Of a stretch of DNA of 64,000 bases, positions 46,815-57,898 are shown in pieces. Location of the stretch: positions 4,063 through 68,062 of the forward strand of contig JANYHI010000034.1 in NCBI GenBank assembly GCA_025359125.1, read 5' to 3'. The position numbers and the translations under genes are program-made. The DNA comes from Cytophagales bacterium. GTDB lineage: Bacteria; Bacteroidota; Bacteroidia; Cytophagales; Cyclobacteriaceae. The notes beneath the pieces are model-generated. The model was not told where the DNA came from and made no database searches. It saw only the letters and a program-made list of their open reading frames with translations. Position 1 is the first letter of the stretch, and each line of letters begins with the position of its first letter.

Positions 46815-48164
46815 ATGAATATCCCGAAGCCGCAACTCACGTTCTCGCAAATCATTAACATGAATGTGGGGTTCTTCGGAATTCAATATAGTTTTGGATT
46901 GCAACAGTCGGCCATCAATCCACTCTATACTTTTCTACATGCTAACCCCGATGATTTACCTTTATTAAATTTAGCCGGGCCGATGACAGGTCTTTTGATT
47001 CAACCGATCATTGGCGCGATGAGCGATAAAACATGGTCGCCAAGATGGGGAAGAAGAAAACCTTATTTTCTAGTCGGAGCAATCTTTTGCAGTCTTTGTT
47101 TATTTCTCTTCCCATTCAGCAAAGCTTTATGGATGGCTGTAGGTTTACTTTGGATTTTAGATGCCGCTAACAATACGGCTATGGAACCTTACCGCGCTTT
47201 TATTGCCGATAAACTTCCGGATAATCAAAGGCCAACAGGTTTTTTAACGCAAAGTTTTTTTACTGGTTTAGGAATTACATTAGCAAACCTCTCTTTATAC
47301 TTTTTTCAAAAACTGATTACCGGATCTACCGTTGCAGATGACGGCCAGAGTGGAATTCCTTATTGGGTATTCGGCTCATTCTTGGTAGGTGCCATTTGTT
47401 CGATCGGCTCTGTTTTGTGGTCCGTATCTACCACACCCGAAATTCCACCAACGGAAGATGAACTCCGCGCATTGCGAGCGCAACCTACAGGCACGTTGGC
47501 TCCCATCATAGAAATTTTTTCTGCTATAAAAGATATGCCCTCAGTGCTTTGGAGATTAGCAGTTGTCTATTTGTTTCAATGGTATGCTATGTTTTGCTAC
47601 TGGCAATTTATTTCGTTGAGTATTGCGAAGTCAGTGTGGAATGCTGGCCCCGAATCGAATATGGAACTGTATAGTGAAGCCGTAGGGTGGACGGGCCTTG
47701 TAAATGGATTTTATAATATCGTGACTTTTCTTTCAGCCTTTGGATTAGTTTGGCTGGTGAAGAAAATTACAGCTAAATATGTTCACATGATTTGTCTCGC
47801 TGCCGCGGGATTAGGTTTGTTATTGATGCCCCATATTCATGATAAGTATTTTCTATTTGCACCGATGATCGGCTTCGGTGTTGCATGGGCAAGTATGATG
47901 GGCGTTCCATACATTATGGTAGTCGGAAGCATTCCGAAAGAAAGATATGGCGTGTATATGGGAATTATAAACATGATGATTGTAATTCCAATGATTATTC
48001 AAACCCTTTCATTTGGATTTATTTATAAGAATTTTTTGGGCGCTGATCCAGGGCTGGCAATAACGTTTGCGGGAGTTCTTCTATTAATAGCTTCGCTTGC
48101 CACCTCCCGAATACAATCACAACAGTCAGGTGAAATGGCAATGCCTTCGGGTAGTTCACATTAA
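46815..48164 (+). CDS. MFS sugar transporter (GPH/SLC45-like)
   Basis: Twelve hydrophobic segments by eye. SDKTWSPRWGRRKPYFLVGA motif, typical of glycoside-pentoside-hexuronide/SLC45-type carriers. Confidence 0.75.
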   Translation: MNIPKPQLTFSQIINMNVGFFGIQYSFGLQQSAINPLYTFLHANPDDLPLLNLAGPMTGLLIQPIIGAMSDKTWSPRWGRRKPYFLVGAIFCSLCLFLFPFSKALWMAVGLLWILDAANNTAMEPYRAFIADKLPDNQRPTGFLTQSFFTGLGITLANLSLYFFQKLITGSTVADDGQSGIPYWVFGSFLVGAICSIGSVLWSVSTTPEIPPTEDELRALRAQPTGTLAPIIEIFSAIKDMPSVLWRLAVVYLFQWYAMFCYWQFISLSIAKSVWNAGPESNMELYSEAVGWTGLVNGFYNIVTFLSAFGLVWLVKKITAKYVHMICLAAAGLGLLLMPHIHDKYFLFAPMIGFGVAWASMMGVPYIMVVGSIPKERYGVYMGIINMMIVIPMIIQTLSFGFIYKNFLGADPGLAITFAGVLLLIASLATSRIQSQQSGEMAMPSGSSH

Positions 48165-48175
48165 ACATAAATTTT

Positions 48176-48880
48176 ATGAGTCCTTATTTTGCTGAATTTT
48201 TAGGCACGATGCTATTAGTTTTATTAGGAGATGGAGTAGTTGCTTCGGTAGTTTTAAAAAAATCGAAAGCAGAGAATGCCGGCTGGCTTACCATTGTAAT
48301 AGGTTGGGGTTTAGCTGTGATGCTGGCCATTTATGCAGTTGGTAAAATTAGTGGAGCGCATCTCAATCCGGCAGTAACTATTGCACTTGCCATTAACGGG
48401 AGTTTTGAGGCCGATCAGGTAGCCGGATATATTCTTGCGCAAATGGCGGGCGCGATGGTCGGAGCAACGTTAGTTTGGTTACACTATCTTCCGCATTGGA
48501 GAGAAACGCACGATCAAGGTGCAAAACTGGGTGTATTTTGCAGTGCCCCCGCGATTAGAAATACCTTTACCAATCTTATAAGTGAAATCATAGCTACGAT
48601 GGTTTTGGTTTTGGCACTATTGTTCATTGGCGCTAACGAATTCTCTTCGGGTCTCAATCCTATCGTAATCGGGCTATTAATTATTTCAATTGGTTTGAGC
48701 TTAGGTGGTACTACCGGTTTTGCTATAAACCCAGCTCGCGATTTGGGTCCACGTATGGCACATGCCATTTTGCCAATTCATGGAAAAGGAAAATCGGATT
48801 GGAGCTACTCATGGATTCCAGTTGTTGGGCCAGTGGTAGGAGGAGTTTTGGGAGCGCTGATTTATAAAGCAATATTCTAA
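48176..48880 (+). CDS. glpF: Aquaglyceroporin (glycerol uptake facilitator)
   Basis: Two NPA boxes (HLNPAVTIA and INPARDLGPR). 234 aa. Lies directly upstream of glpK. Confidence 0.85.
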   Translation: MSPYFAEFLGTMLLVLLGDGVVASVVLKKSKAENAGWLTIVIGWGLAVMLAIYAVGKISGAHLNPAVTIALAINGSFEADQVAGYILAQMAGAMVGATLVWLHYLPHWRETHDQGAKLGVFCSAPAIRNTFTNLISEIIATMVLVLALLFIGANEFSSGLNPIVIGLLIISIGLSLGGTTGFAINPARDLGPRMAHAILPIHGKGKSDWSYSWIPVVGPVVGGVLGALIYKAIF

Positions 48881-48890
48881 ACATGTCTTC

Positions 48891-48932
48891 AGTTGCTAGT
48901 CACTAGCAACTAATAGCCACCAACTAGCAACT
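48891..48932. promoter_or_regulatory. Perfect 10-bp dyad plus a third direct half-site between glpF and glpK (candidate operator)
   Basis: agttgctagt c actagcaact at 48891-48911. actagcaact repeats at 48923-48932, 21 nt from the right arm. No T-run follows. Confidence 0.4.
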
Positions 48933-48936
48933 TTAA

Positions 48937-50433
<1,497 letters not shown>

Positions 50434-50441
50434 TCCAATTT

Positions 50442-51191
50442 TTACTTCCCCTTCAAGCCCTTCATTACTTTATTAATGAAAACAAAATCATCTAATTCTT
50501 TCACACCCGAGTGAGTGATATCATCATTACTTCCCTCCCACAGTTTATCTCCTTTGTATAAAAACATAATTTTCTCACCAATTCCAAGTACCGAATTCAT
50601 ATCGTGGGTAACGACCAGTGTAGTGATGTTGAACTCATGCGTGATTTCATGAATCAGCTCATCAATCAAAATAGAAGTTTGGGGATCTAGTCCAGAGTTG
50701 GGTTCATCACAAAAAAGATAATTTGGGTTGTTAACAATGGCGCGCGCAATACCAACACGCTTCTTCATGCCTCCACTTATTTCAGAGGCCATTTTTTTAT
50801 TTACATTTTCTAAACCTACACGCTTCAAACAAAAATTTACACGATCAAGCTTTTCGTCTGGTGGCATTTTGGTAAGAACATTCAATGGGAACATCACATT
50901 CTCTTCTACATTTTTAGAATCGAATAACGCACTGCCTTGAAAGAGCATTCCAATCTCTCTGCGTATTTCTGATTTTACTTCTTTGTCTGCCTCGGTAAAG
51001 TTTCGTAAATCATAAAAAGCATTTCCGGTGTCAGGTTGAGATAGCCCCACAATACATTTTAGCAAAACGCTTTTACCGGTTCCACTGGCTCCAATAATCA
51101 GATTTGTTTTTCCCTTATCAAACTCTCCACTAATGCTATGCAAAACACTTTTGCCATTGAACGACTTACTGATATTCTTGATCTTAATCAT
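50442..51191 (-). CDS. mlaF: ABC transporter ATP-binding protein (MlaF-like)
   Basis: Walker A GASGTGKSV, signature ISGGMKKRV and Walker B LFCDEP. Follows the MlaE-like permease. Confidence 0.8.
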   Translation of the reverse strand: MIKIKNISKSFNGKSVLHSISGEFDKGKTNLIIGASGTGKSVLLKCIVGLSQPDTGNAFYDLRNFTEADKEVKSEIRREIGMLFQGSALFDSKNVEENVMFPLNVLTKMPPDEKLDRVNFCLKRVGLENVNKKMASEISGGMKKRVGIARAIVNNPNYLFCDEPNSGLDPQTSILIDELIHEITHEFNITTLVVTHDMNSVLGIGEKIMFLYKGDKLWEGSNDDITHSGVKELDDFVFINKVMKGLKGK

Positions 51192-51194
51192 AGA

Positions 51195-51923
51195 TTAGAG
51201 CAAAAGGTTTGCTAAAAAATAATCTGCCAGTAAAACGGCAATTACGCTAGAGGTAACTGCTTCTGTGCTGGCAATGCCAACTTCTAATGCGCCACCTTGT
51301 GTGTAGTATCCTTTAAAGCAAGAAATAGATCCAATCAAAAACGCAAACACAAATGATTTGATCAAAGCGAACGTAATGGTAAATTCGTTAAACAAAGATC
51401 GTAAACCTTGTATAAATTCGGTAGGTGTTAATATTCCCGTTAAGGTGCCAACTAAATATCCTCCAAAAATAGAACACACTCCTGCAAAGATTACCAACAT
51501 CGGGTACATAATCATTGAAGCAATAATTTTTGGGAGAACCAAGTATGAAGAAGAGTTAATTCCCATTACCTCCAAGGCATCTATTTGTTCTGTAATGCGC
51601 ATGGTGCCTATTCCGCCCGCCATACTCGAACCAATTTTTCCTGCAAAAATGATGGCCATTATAGTGGGCGCTAACTCTAACACTGTCATTTCTCTTACCA
51701 CTTGTGCTATTACATAGCGGGCCACCAATGGCGTTACCAAATTAAAAGCTGTTTGCACCGTAGTTACCGCACCCATAAAAGTAGAAACGAGCACAAACAG
51801 CGAAATGGATTTTACTCCAATTTGCATACACTCTTCAATCACCAACCGGTAGTAGGTGATAAATGTTTCCCTTCGCACAACAAGCGATTGTAGAAATAAT
51901 AGGTAACGGCCAAACTCCTTCAT
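51195..51923 (-). CDS. mlaE: MlaE-family ABC permease
   Basis: 242-aa polytopic protein with an MlaE-like pattern (MRITEQIDALEVMGI). Stop lies 3 nt before the ATPase start. Confidence 0.8.
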   Translation of the reverse strand: MKEFGRYLLFLQSLVVRRETFITYYRLVIEECMQIGVKSISLFVLVSTFMGAVTTVQTAFNLVTPLVARYVIAQVVREMTVLELAPTIMAIIFAGKIGSSMAGGIGTMRITEQIDALEVMGINSSSYLVLPKIIASMIMYPMLVIFAGVCSIFGGYLVGTLTGILTPTEFIQGLRSLFNEFTITFALIKSFVFAFLIGSISCFKGYYTQGGALEVGIASTEAVTSSVIAVLLADYFLANLLL

Positions 51924-51967
51924 CTAGTTAAATTGAAATACTATCTTGCTCAAAGATAAATATTCCT

Positions 51968-52672
51968 ATGAACAAATTAGTGGTAGTTACGGGTGGCACC
52001 AAAGGGATTGGGCGAGCCATTATTGAGCGTTTTGCATTGGCAGGTTTTGATATTGCTACATGTGCGCGAAAAGAAGACGACTTAATAAAATTGAAAGAAG
52101 TGGTAGAGGCCAAGTACAAGGTAAAGGCGTTTACTTACCAGGCAGACATGTCAATTAAGAATCAGATTGTCGCTTTCGCGGGATATGTGAAATCTCTTAA
52201 CCAACCGGTAGATGTCCTGGTTAATAATGCAGGCTATTTTATTCCGGGTTCTGTTTTAGATGAGATAGAAGGATCGCTCGAAAGTATGATTAATAGCAAT
52301 GTATACAGTGCCTATTATACTTCTAGATTGCTGGTGCCTGCTATGAAATTGAATAAGAAAGGTCACGTGTTTAACATGTGTTCTATTGCTAGTATTAAAG
52401 CATACCCAAATGGAGGCTCTTATGCAATCTCTAAATTTGCATTGCTCGGATTTTCGAAAGTGTTGCGCGAAGAATTGAAAGAATTCGGTGTGCGCGTTAC
52501 CGCGATTTTACCGGGCGCTACCCGCACCGCCAGTTGGGATGGTGTTGATTTGCCCGAAGAAAGATTTATGAAAGCAGAAGATGTAGCGGAAACTGTTTTT
52601 GCGGCCTACTCATTATCGGAAAGAAGTGTGGTGGAAGAGATTTTGATAAGGCCACAGCTGGGAGATTTATAG
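51968..52672 (+). CDS. Short-chain dehydrogenase/reductase (SDR)
   Basis: TGGTKGIG cofactor motif, NNAG, and catalytic YAISK. Confidence 0.85.
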   Translation: MNKLVVVTGGTKGIGRAIIERFALAGFDIATCARKEDDLIKLKEVVEAKYKVKAFTYQADMSIKNQIVAFAGYVKSLNQPVDVLVNNAGYFIPGSVLDEIEGSLESMINSNVYSAYYTSRLLVPAMKLNKKGHVFNMCSIASIKAYPNGGSYAISKFALLGFSKVLREELKEFGVRVTAILPGATRTASWDGVDLPEERFMKAEDVAETVFAAYSLSERSVVEEILIRPQLGDL

Positions 52673-52673
52673 A

Positions 52674-52702
52674 GTTACAGGTTTCCTGTTACCGGCTTTT
52701 TT
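52674..52702 (+). terminator. Probable rho-independent terminator after the SDR gene
   Basis: Imperfect stem 52674-52681 / 52685-52692 (one T-T mismatch, 3-nt loop), then cggc and a run of six T. Confidence 0.45.
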
Positions 52703-52761
52703 GCAGAGGCTAAACAAGAAACCTAGCAAGAAACTGGTAACCGATCCAAACCAAAAAGAGT

Positions 52762-52769
52762 TAATTTTG
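52762..52769 (+). promoter_or_regulatory. Candidate Bacteroidota -7 promoter element (TAnnTTTG) for ispG
   Basis: TAATTTTG matches TAnnTTTG and sits 6 nt before the ATG at 52775. This would imply a very short or absent leader, or use of the ATG at 52781. Confidence 0.3.
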
Positions 52770-52774
52770 TTGTG

Positions 52775-54739
52775 ATGAATATGCCCGTGAACCACCAGAT
52801 TTCGAAAGTAAAGCAATATTGTAACAGCCTGGTGAAATACAGCCGAAGGAAAACCCGCGAAGTAACCATTGGTGATTTGCCCATGGGTGGAGAAAATCCC
52901 ATTCGTATTCAATCGATGACTACTATTGATACGATGGATACCCAAGGTTCAATCGAACAAACCATTCGAATGGTAAATGCAGGGTGCGAATATGTGCGCA
53001 TTACCGCACCTAGTTTGAAGGAAGCACAAAATTTGGAAGAAATAAAAAAAGGTTTGCGCTTACGCGGATACAATGTTCCGCTGATTGCTGATATTCATTT
53101 TACACCTAATGCAGCAGAATTAGCTGCGCGTATTGTAGAAAAAGTTCGGGTTAATCCGGGCAACTATGCAGATAAAAAGCGCTTTGAAGAAATTGAATAT
53201 ACAGATGCTGCTTACCAGGCAGAACTAGATCGGATTAGAAAGAAGTTTACTCCGTTAGTAAAGATTTGTAAAGAGCACGGCACTGCCATGCGTATTGGTA
53301 CCAATCATGGTTCGCTATCCGATCGTATTATGAGTCGCTATGGAGATACGCCCCTTGGCATGGTGGAATCTGCTCTGGAATTCTTGCGTGTGTGTGAAGA
53401 TCTGAATTATTACAATATTGTATTATCAATGAAGTCGAGCAATCCGCAAGTGATGGTGCAGGCATATCGGTTGTTAGTACAAAAGTTAGATGAAGAAGGC
53501 TTTCAACCTTATCCATTGCACTTAGGTGTAACCGAAGCGGGCGATGGAGAAGATGGAAGAATAAAATCTTCCGTTGGGATAGGAACATTACTGGAAGATG
53601 GCCTAGGAGATACGGTACGCGTTTCGCTTACAGAAGAGCCAGAGGCAGAAGTGCCAGTAGCGCAAGAGTTGGTGAATCGATATGCCACTAGAAAAACTTC
53701 GATTACTATTCCTGAAATAAAAGAATATCCGATCAATCCATTTGGGTACACACGAAGAGCAACACACGAAGTTCAAAACATTGGTGGTCACCAAGTGCCG
53801 CGCGTAATAGCTGATTTCGCCTCAAAGGAAAAAATTACCCCCGCTTCTTTCTTCGCATTAGGTTATCACTATTCGGTTCCGTTAGATAAATGGAACATTG
53901 CCGACATGGCATGTGATTATGTTTTTGTAAACGATAAGCAAGTTGATTTCGAAATACCGGGTACATTAGGAATTGTATATTCACATGCTACGTGGTTGTT
54001 GAATAAAGAAAAGCCAAGATCTTTTCCCTTTATAAAATCTGCTGATTACTTGAAAGGAGTGGAGCAATCTAAAAACCTGAATTTTATTTATGCTTGCCTG
54101 CCAGATGTTACATCAGATTTAATCCAAAAATTAAAATCAGACTCTACAGTTGTGTTGTTGATTGATACCTACAACGATCATGGAATGGCAGAGCAGCGCA
54201 GATTGTTTGTTGACTTGATTGACAATGATTGTAACCTGCCCGTTATTATCGGTCGCGCTTACCGCGATTTAAAACCCGATCAATTACAATTGTTTGCCGC
54301 TACTGATATGGGTGGTTTGCTGATTGATGGCTTGGGAGATGGCTTGTTTATCGCGGCCGAAAATTGTGGATCTGATAAAATGGTGAATGAAACTGCTTTT
54401 AATATTTTACAGGCAACGCGCACGCGTATTTCAAAAACAGAATATATTTCTTGTCCTTCGTGCGGGCGAACACTTTTTGATTTACAAGAAACAACAGCAA
54501 AAATTAGATCGCGTACCAGTCACTTAAAAGGAGTGAAGATTGGAATTATGGGGTGCATCGTAAATGGACCAGGTGAAATGGCAGACGCAGATTACGGATA
54601 CGTTGGCTCAGGCCCTGGAAGGATAACTTTGTACAAAGGAAAAGAAGTGGTTAAGAAAAATGTGCCTACACTGCAAGCCGTTGATGAATTGATCAATTTG
54701 ATTAAAGATGGAGGAGATTGGATGGAAATGCCTAATTAA
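52775..54739 (+). CDS. ispG: 4-hydroxy-3-methylbut-2-en-1-yl diphosphate synthase, long form with inserted domain
   Basis: GGENPIRIQSMT and RVNPGN motifs. C-terminal 4Fe-4S Cys ligands (SCPSCGRT ... GCIVNGPGE). 650+ aa, the long type with a central insertion. Confidence 0.9.
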   Translation: MNMPVNHQISKVKQYCNSLVKYSRRKTREVTIGDLPMGGENPIRIQSMTTIDTMDTQGSIEQTIRMVNAGCEYVRITAPSLKEAQNLEEIKKGLRLRGYNVPLIADIHFTPNAAELAARIVEKVRVNPGNYADKKRFEEIEYTDAAYQAELDRIRKKFTPLVKICKEHGTAMRIGTNHGSLSDRIMSRYGDTPLGMVESALEFLRVCEDLNYYNIVLSMKSSNPQVMVQAYRLLVQKLDEEGFQPYPLHLGVTEAGDGEDGRIKSSVGIGTLLEDGLGDTVRVSLTEEPEAEVPVAQELVNRYATRKTSITIPEIKEYPINPFGYTRRATHEVQNIGGHQVPRVIADFASKEKITPASFFALGYHYSVPLDKWNIADMACDYVFVNDKQVDFEIPGTLGIVYSHATWLLNKEKPRSFPFIKSADYLKGVEQSKNLNFIYACLPDVTSDLIQKLKSDSTVVLLIDTYNDHGMAEQRRLFVDLIDNDCNLPVIIGRAYRDLKPDQLQLFAATDMGGLLIDGLGDGLFIAAENCGSDKMVNETAFNILQATRTRISKTEYISCPSCGRTLFDLQETTAKIRSRTSHLKGVKIGIMGCIVNGPGEMADADYGYVGSGPGRITLYKGKEVVKKNVPTLQAVDELINLIKDGGDWMEMPN

Positions 54740-54745
54740 TATTTT

Positions 54746-54946
54746 ATGGAAGCAAATAAGGAAGACAAGAAAAGCGGATTAAAAGAATTTTTTACGTTGG
54801 GTGAAGTAGGCAATTATTTTTTCCGCAAGAAAGATCCAAATAGACCATCTAACATCAACATTAAAATGATGCACGGAGTAAATAAGCTTTCCATTTTCAT
54901 TTTTCTAATGGCTGTTATTTATTTGGTGCTGAAAAGATTGTTATGA
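54746..54946 (+). CDS. Small single-pass membrane protein
   Basis: 66 aa with a C-terminal hydrophobic helix (LSIFIFLMAVIYLVL). Its stop overlaps the next ATG (ATGA). Confidence 0.4.
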   Translation: MEANKEDKKSGLKEFFTLGEVGNYFFRKKDPNRPSNINIKMMHGVNKLSIFIFLMAVIYLVLKRLL

Positions 54947-55296
54947 ATCTAGAAACTTTTCAAAGCTATTGTCTGGCTAAGAAAGGAGTGACGGAAGAAT
55001 TTCCGTTTGATAACTCCACATTGGTTTATAAAGTCATGGGCAAGATGTTCGCTCTTACTGGCCTTGAAAAATTTGAAAGCATTAACCTAAAATCCGACCC
55101 CGAAATAGGCGCACAATTGAGAGAAGAATATGCCAGCGTAGTACCCGCTTATCATATGAATAAAAAGCACTGGATTACGGTGTTGATAGATGGTAGCATC
55201 TCTGACAAACTGCTACGCGAATGGATCGATTCATCCTATAATCTGGTTTGCCAAAGTCTTACCAAATCCCATCAAAAGGAACTCGACAGCCTATAA
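54943..55296 (+). CDS. MmcQ/YjbR-family protein
   Basis: Family pattern GVTEEFPFDNSTLVYKVMGKMFAL ... HMNKKHWITV. Confidence 0.7.
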   Translation: MNLETFQSYCLAKKGVTEEFPFDNSTLVYKVMGKMFALTGLEKFESINLKSDPEIGAQLREEYASVVPAYHMNKKHWITVLIDGSISDKLLREWIDSSYNLVCQSLTKSHQKELDSL

Positions 55297-55384
55297 ATTG
55301 ATTATCAATTGATTACATTTCTTACATTCTTCGGATTACTTCGGTAAATTTTTTAGTTTTGTTGATTAGGCACACCACTTTTTG

Positions 55385-56254
55385 ATGTATAGGGCTTTAA
55401 TCATATGTGTTTTGGCGCTCTCTGGGCTGTTATCAAGTTGTAGCACCCAAAAGAGTATATGCCCTGCCTATCAAAGTGCCTTCTTGCACGATAAGCAAAC
55501 ACGGAATGAAACCTTTGTTTATTACAACGCCAATAAGAGTCAGGCTCGCGAAGTATTAGCTTCAAATAGCAAGACACTAACATTACCAGCCAACGATTCT
55601 ACGTGGTCTAACAGCATAGTATTACCGGGTCCGTCTTTGCCTAAGGAGAAGAGAAATAAGCGCACTCGTTACCTATTACTGCCAGAGAAGACTTATAAAA
55701 AGGCATTGCGTGCGTTGCAGACTGTTGAGATGAAGCCAGTGTATCCTAAGAAGGAAATTGATTCTACTAACATTAAAAATTTATTGGATAGTGCCGCACG
55801 CAGCATAAACGATACGCTGACATCTACCGCCAAGACCAGTGACGAAAAAGTAGAGGAGAGGGATAGTACTTATGTGATCTCAATAGAAAAAGAAAAATTC
55901 AATGTAGATCAGGATATTTACATGTGGTACTTCCGAAATATTTTGGTGTTGCCCGATGTGAGAATTGCAATGGAAGGAGCAAAAGAAGATGGCAAAACAG
56001 CAACTTCTAAAAAGCAGAAAAAAGGCTTCTTCGGATTCTTTAAAAATCTGTTTGGCAAGAAAGAAAAGAAACCGAAAGAACCAGTAAAAATCTCCACAGA
56101 TTTGCAAGACCAACCAACTGACTCAACTTCAGTAACGGCACCTGTAGAGGAGGTTCCAAAAAAGAAGAAAGGCATTTTTGGTTTCATGAAAAAGAAACAA
56201 AAAGTAGCACCACCAAAGCCCGAAGCGAAGAAAGAGGAGGAGGAGAAGTTTTAA
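55385..56254 (+). CDS. Lipoprotein with a Lys-rich C-terminal tail carrying two amphipathic GFFGF-type repeats
   Basis: Lipobox LSGLLSSC. Repeats KKQKKGFFGFFKNLFGKKEKKPKEP and PKKKKGIFGFMKKKQKVAPPKPE. Confidence 0.6.
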   Translation: MYRALIICVLALSGLLSSCSTQKSICPAYQSAFLHDKQTRNETFVYYNANKSQAREVLASNSKTLTLPANDSTWSNSIVLPGPSLPKEKRNKRTRYLLLPEKTYKKALRALQTVEMKPVYPKKEIDSTNIKNLLDSAARSINDTLTSTAKTSDEKVEERDSTYVISIEKEKFNVDQDIYMWYFRNILVLPDVRIAMEGAKEDGKTATSKKQKKGFFGFFKNLFGKKEKKPKEPVKISTDLQDQPTDSTSVTAPVEEVPKKKKGIFGFMKKKQKVAPPKPEAKKEEEEKF

Positions 56255-56272
56255 TCTTTTTACATATACCCC

Positions 56273-56677
56273 ATGAGGCTAATTTTAAAGCTTTACGCAA
56301 TTGCACTCCCTGTTTTTTTTCTCATTGATATTATTTGGTTGGGATTTATTGCCAAGAATTTTTATAAAAGCCAAATTGGCTTTTTGATGAAGTTCGAAGT
56401 GAATTGGGTAGCGGCTATTGTTTTCTATCTTTTATTTTTAGCGGGCGTGGTAATATTTGTAATTGAGCCTGCTGTGCTAAAGAAAGATTGGATTCAGGTA
56501 TTGTGGATGGGTGCCTTGTTTGGATTGATCACTTATGCCACGTATGACCTTACTAATCTCGCTACATTAAAGGATTGGCCATTAAAAGTTGTAGTAGCAG
56601 ATATGCTTTGGGGAACTGTACTTTCAGCAAGTGTTAGTTGTATTACCTATTGGGTGGCGCTTAAGATTAATCTTTAA
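56273..56677 (+). CDS. DUF2177-like integral membrane protein
   Basis: 134 aa with four hydrophobic segments. N-terminal FFLIDIIWLGFIAKNFY pattern. Confidence 0.55.
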   Translation: MRLILKLYAIALPVFFLIDIIWLGFIAKNFYKSQIGFLMKFEVNWVAAIVFYLLFLAGVVIFVIEPAVLKKDWIQVLWMGALFGLITYATYDLTNLATLKDWPLKVVVADMLWGTVLSASVSCITYWVALKINL

Positions 56678-56697
56678 AATAGTAATAACTAAAGTAT

Positions 56698-57072
56698 ATG
56701 ATTAATCGATACGTAGGAGAAATCCATATCAATCCCATTCGCATTTTACGAAATGATGATTTTAACAATGATGGACACATCAAAGATATGGAAGCTACGC
56801 TTTCTCAGGCACTGAGTTTAAATCAGAAAATAAGTGATCAACTAAAATTAATTCAAGCTTGGCTTAAAAAAAATAATTCTGCGGGAGTTCAATTCCATTT
56901 TACAGATGCAGGTTACATCAGCTTGAAAGGTTTATCAGATTCTCACCTGAAAGAATTAGCGACAAAAGGTATGATTGAGTTATTCGATTTCGCGAAAGAG
57001 AAAAGTTGGGTAAAAAAATACGGTCAGCAATTTGGTTTGATATGGGAAGATGGTAAGGCTGTAGAAATATAA
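56698..57072 (+). CDS. Hypothetical protein
   Basis: 124-aa ORF with no recognisable motif. Confidence 0.4.
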   Translation: MINRYVGEIHINPIRILRNDDFNNDGHIKDMEATLSQALSLNQKISDQLKLIQAWLKKNNSAGVQFHFTDAGYISLKGLSDSHLKELATKGMIELFDFAKEKSWVKKYGQQFGLIWEDGKAVEI

Positions 57073-57075
57073 TTT

Positions 57076-57438
57076 CTATTGATGGAACACGCTAGACTTA
57101 ACGATCAGTCCATTTTCTACTTCCAGCATTTCGCCTACCATTAAATCCTCCTCTCCATTCACATGCCTTATGTATTCTAAAAATACTCGGTTTTCATAGG
57201 GAGTTAATCGGATAACTTGATATTGCAGAGTGGGCAATCGTTCAAAGGCATCTTTCCACCACGTCCTTAGCGCATCTTTTCCTATTATCCACCCATTCGT
57301 CTCCTGTCTTCGTAGTTTTAACTTCGGACTAAAATGTGAAGCGTTATTATCGTACAGTGCTAAGAGTGCATCTAAATCATGATTGTTGAAAGCTTTAAAC
57401 CAACAACTCGCAATCTCATTTAATTCTGTTGCCTCCAT
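57076..57438 (-). CDS. NTF2-fold (SnoaL-like) protein
   Basis: 120 aa. Pattern WFKAFNNHDLDALLALYDNNA..., typical of SnoaL-like domains. Confidence 0.65.
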   Translation of the reverse strand: MEATELNEIASCWFKAFNNHDLDALLALYDNNASHFSPKLKLRRQETNGWIIGKDALRTWWKDAFERLPTLQYQVIRLTPYENRVFLEYIRHVNGEEDLMVGEMLEVENGLIVKSSVFHQ

Positions 57439-57498
57439 TTATCGCTGAAACTTATTACTTTTAAGTGATACTGTTGTCAGTAAAATTAAAATTACACT

Positions 57499-57897
57499 AT
57501 GTCTTTTACGAGAATCATCAAGAGTTTAGTTGTGTCATTATTTTTTGTGGTGATGATTTCAAATTCACAAGCACAAGATACCAGAATCATTCGTAAGGAT
57601 TCTGTGGTAAAAAGAATAGTCTATCGCGATACTATTGTCTATCAATATAAATACGATACCATTCGAATTAAACATTACATACATTCAGATACTGCTTGGA
57701 CTGTACCAGTAGTTGCAGTGGAAAAGAAGAAGAAGGGTTTCATTAATCAAGCGAACTGGGGTATTGGGCCATCTGTGGGTGCCTATTATTCGCCTTTTAA
57801 TGGCTTTGATGTGAACGTAGGTTTTGGAGTTCAATATTATCTACTAGCTGTTCCGAGCTTTAGAAATCCGCATTTAGGCCACAAGCGAAAAAGATAA
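57499..57897 (+). CDS. Hypothetical secreted protein
   Basis: Signal peptide (LVVSLFFVVMISNSQAQ). 132 aa. No recognisable motif. Confidence 0.45.
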   Translation: MSFTRIIKSLVVSLFFVVMISNSQAQDTRIIRKDSVVKRIVYRDTIVYQYKYDTIRIKHYIHSDTAWTVPVVAVEKKKKGFINQANWGIGPSVGAYYSPFNGFDVNVGFGVQYYLLAVPSFRNPHLGHKRKR

Positions 57898-57898
57898 T

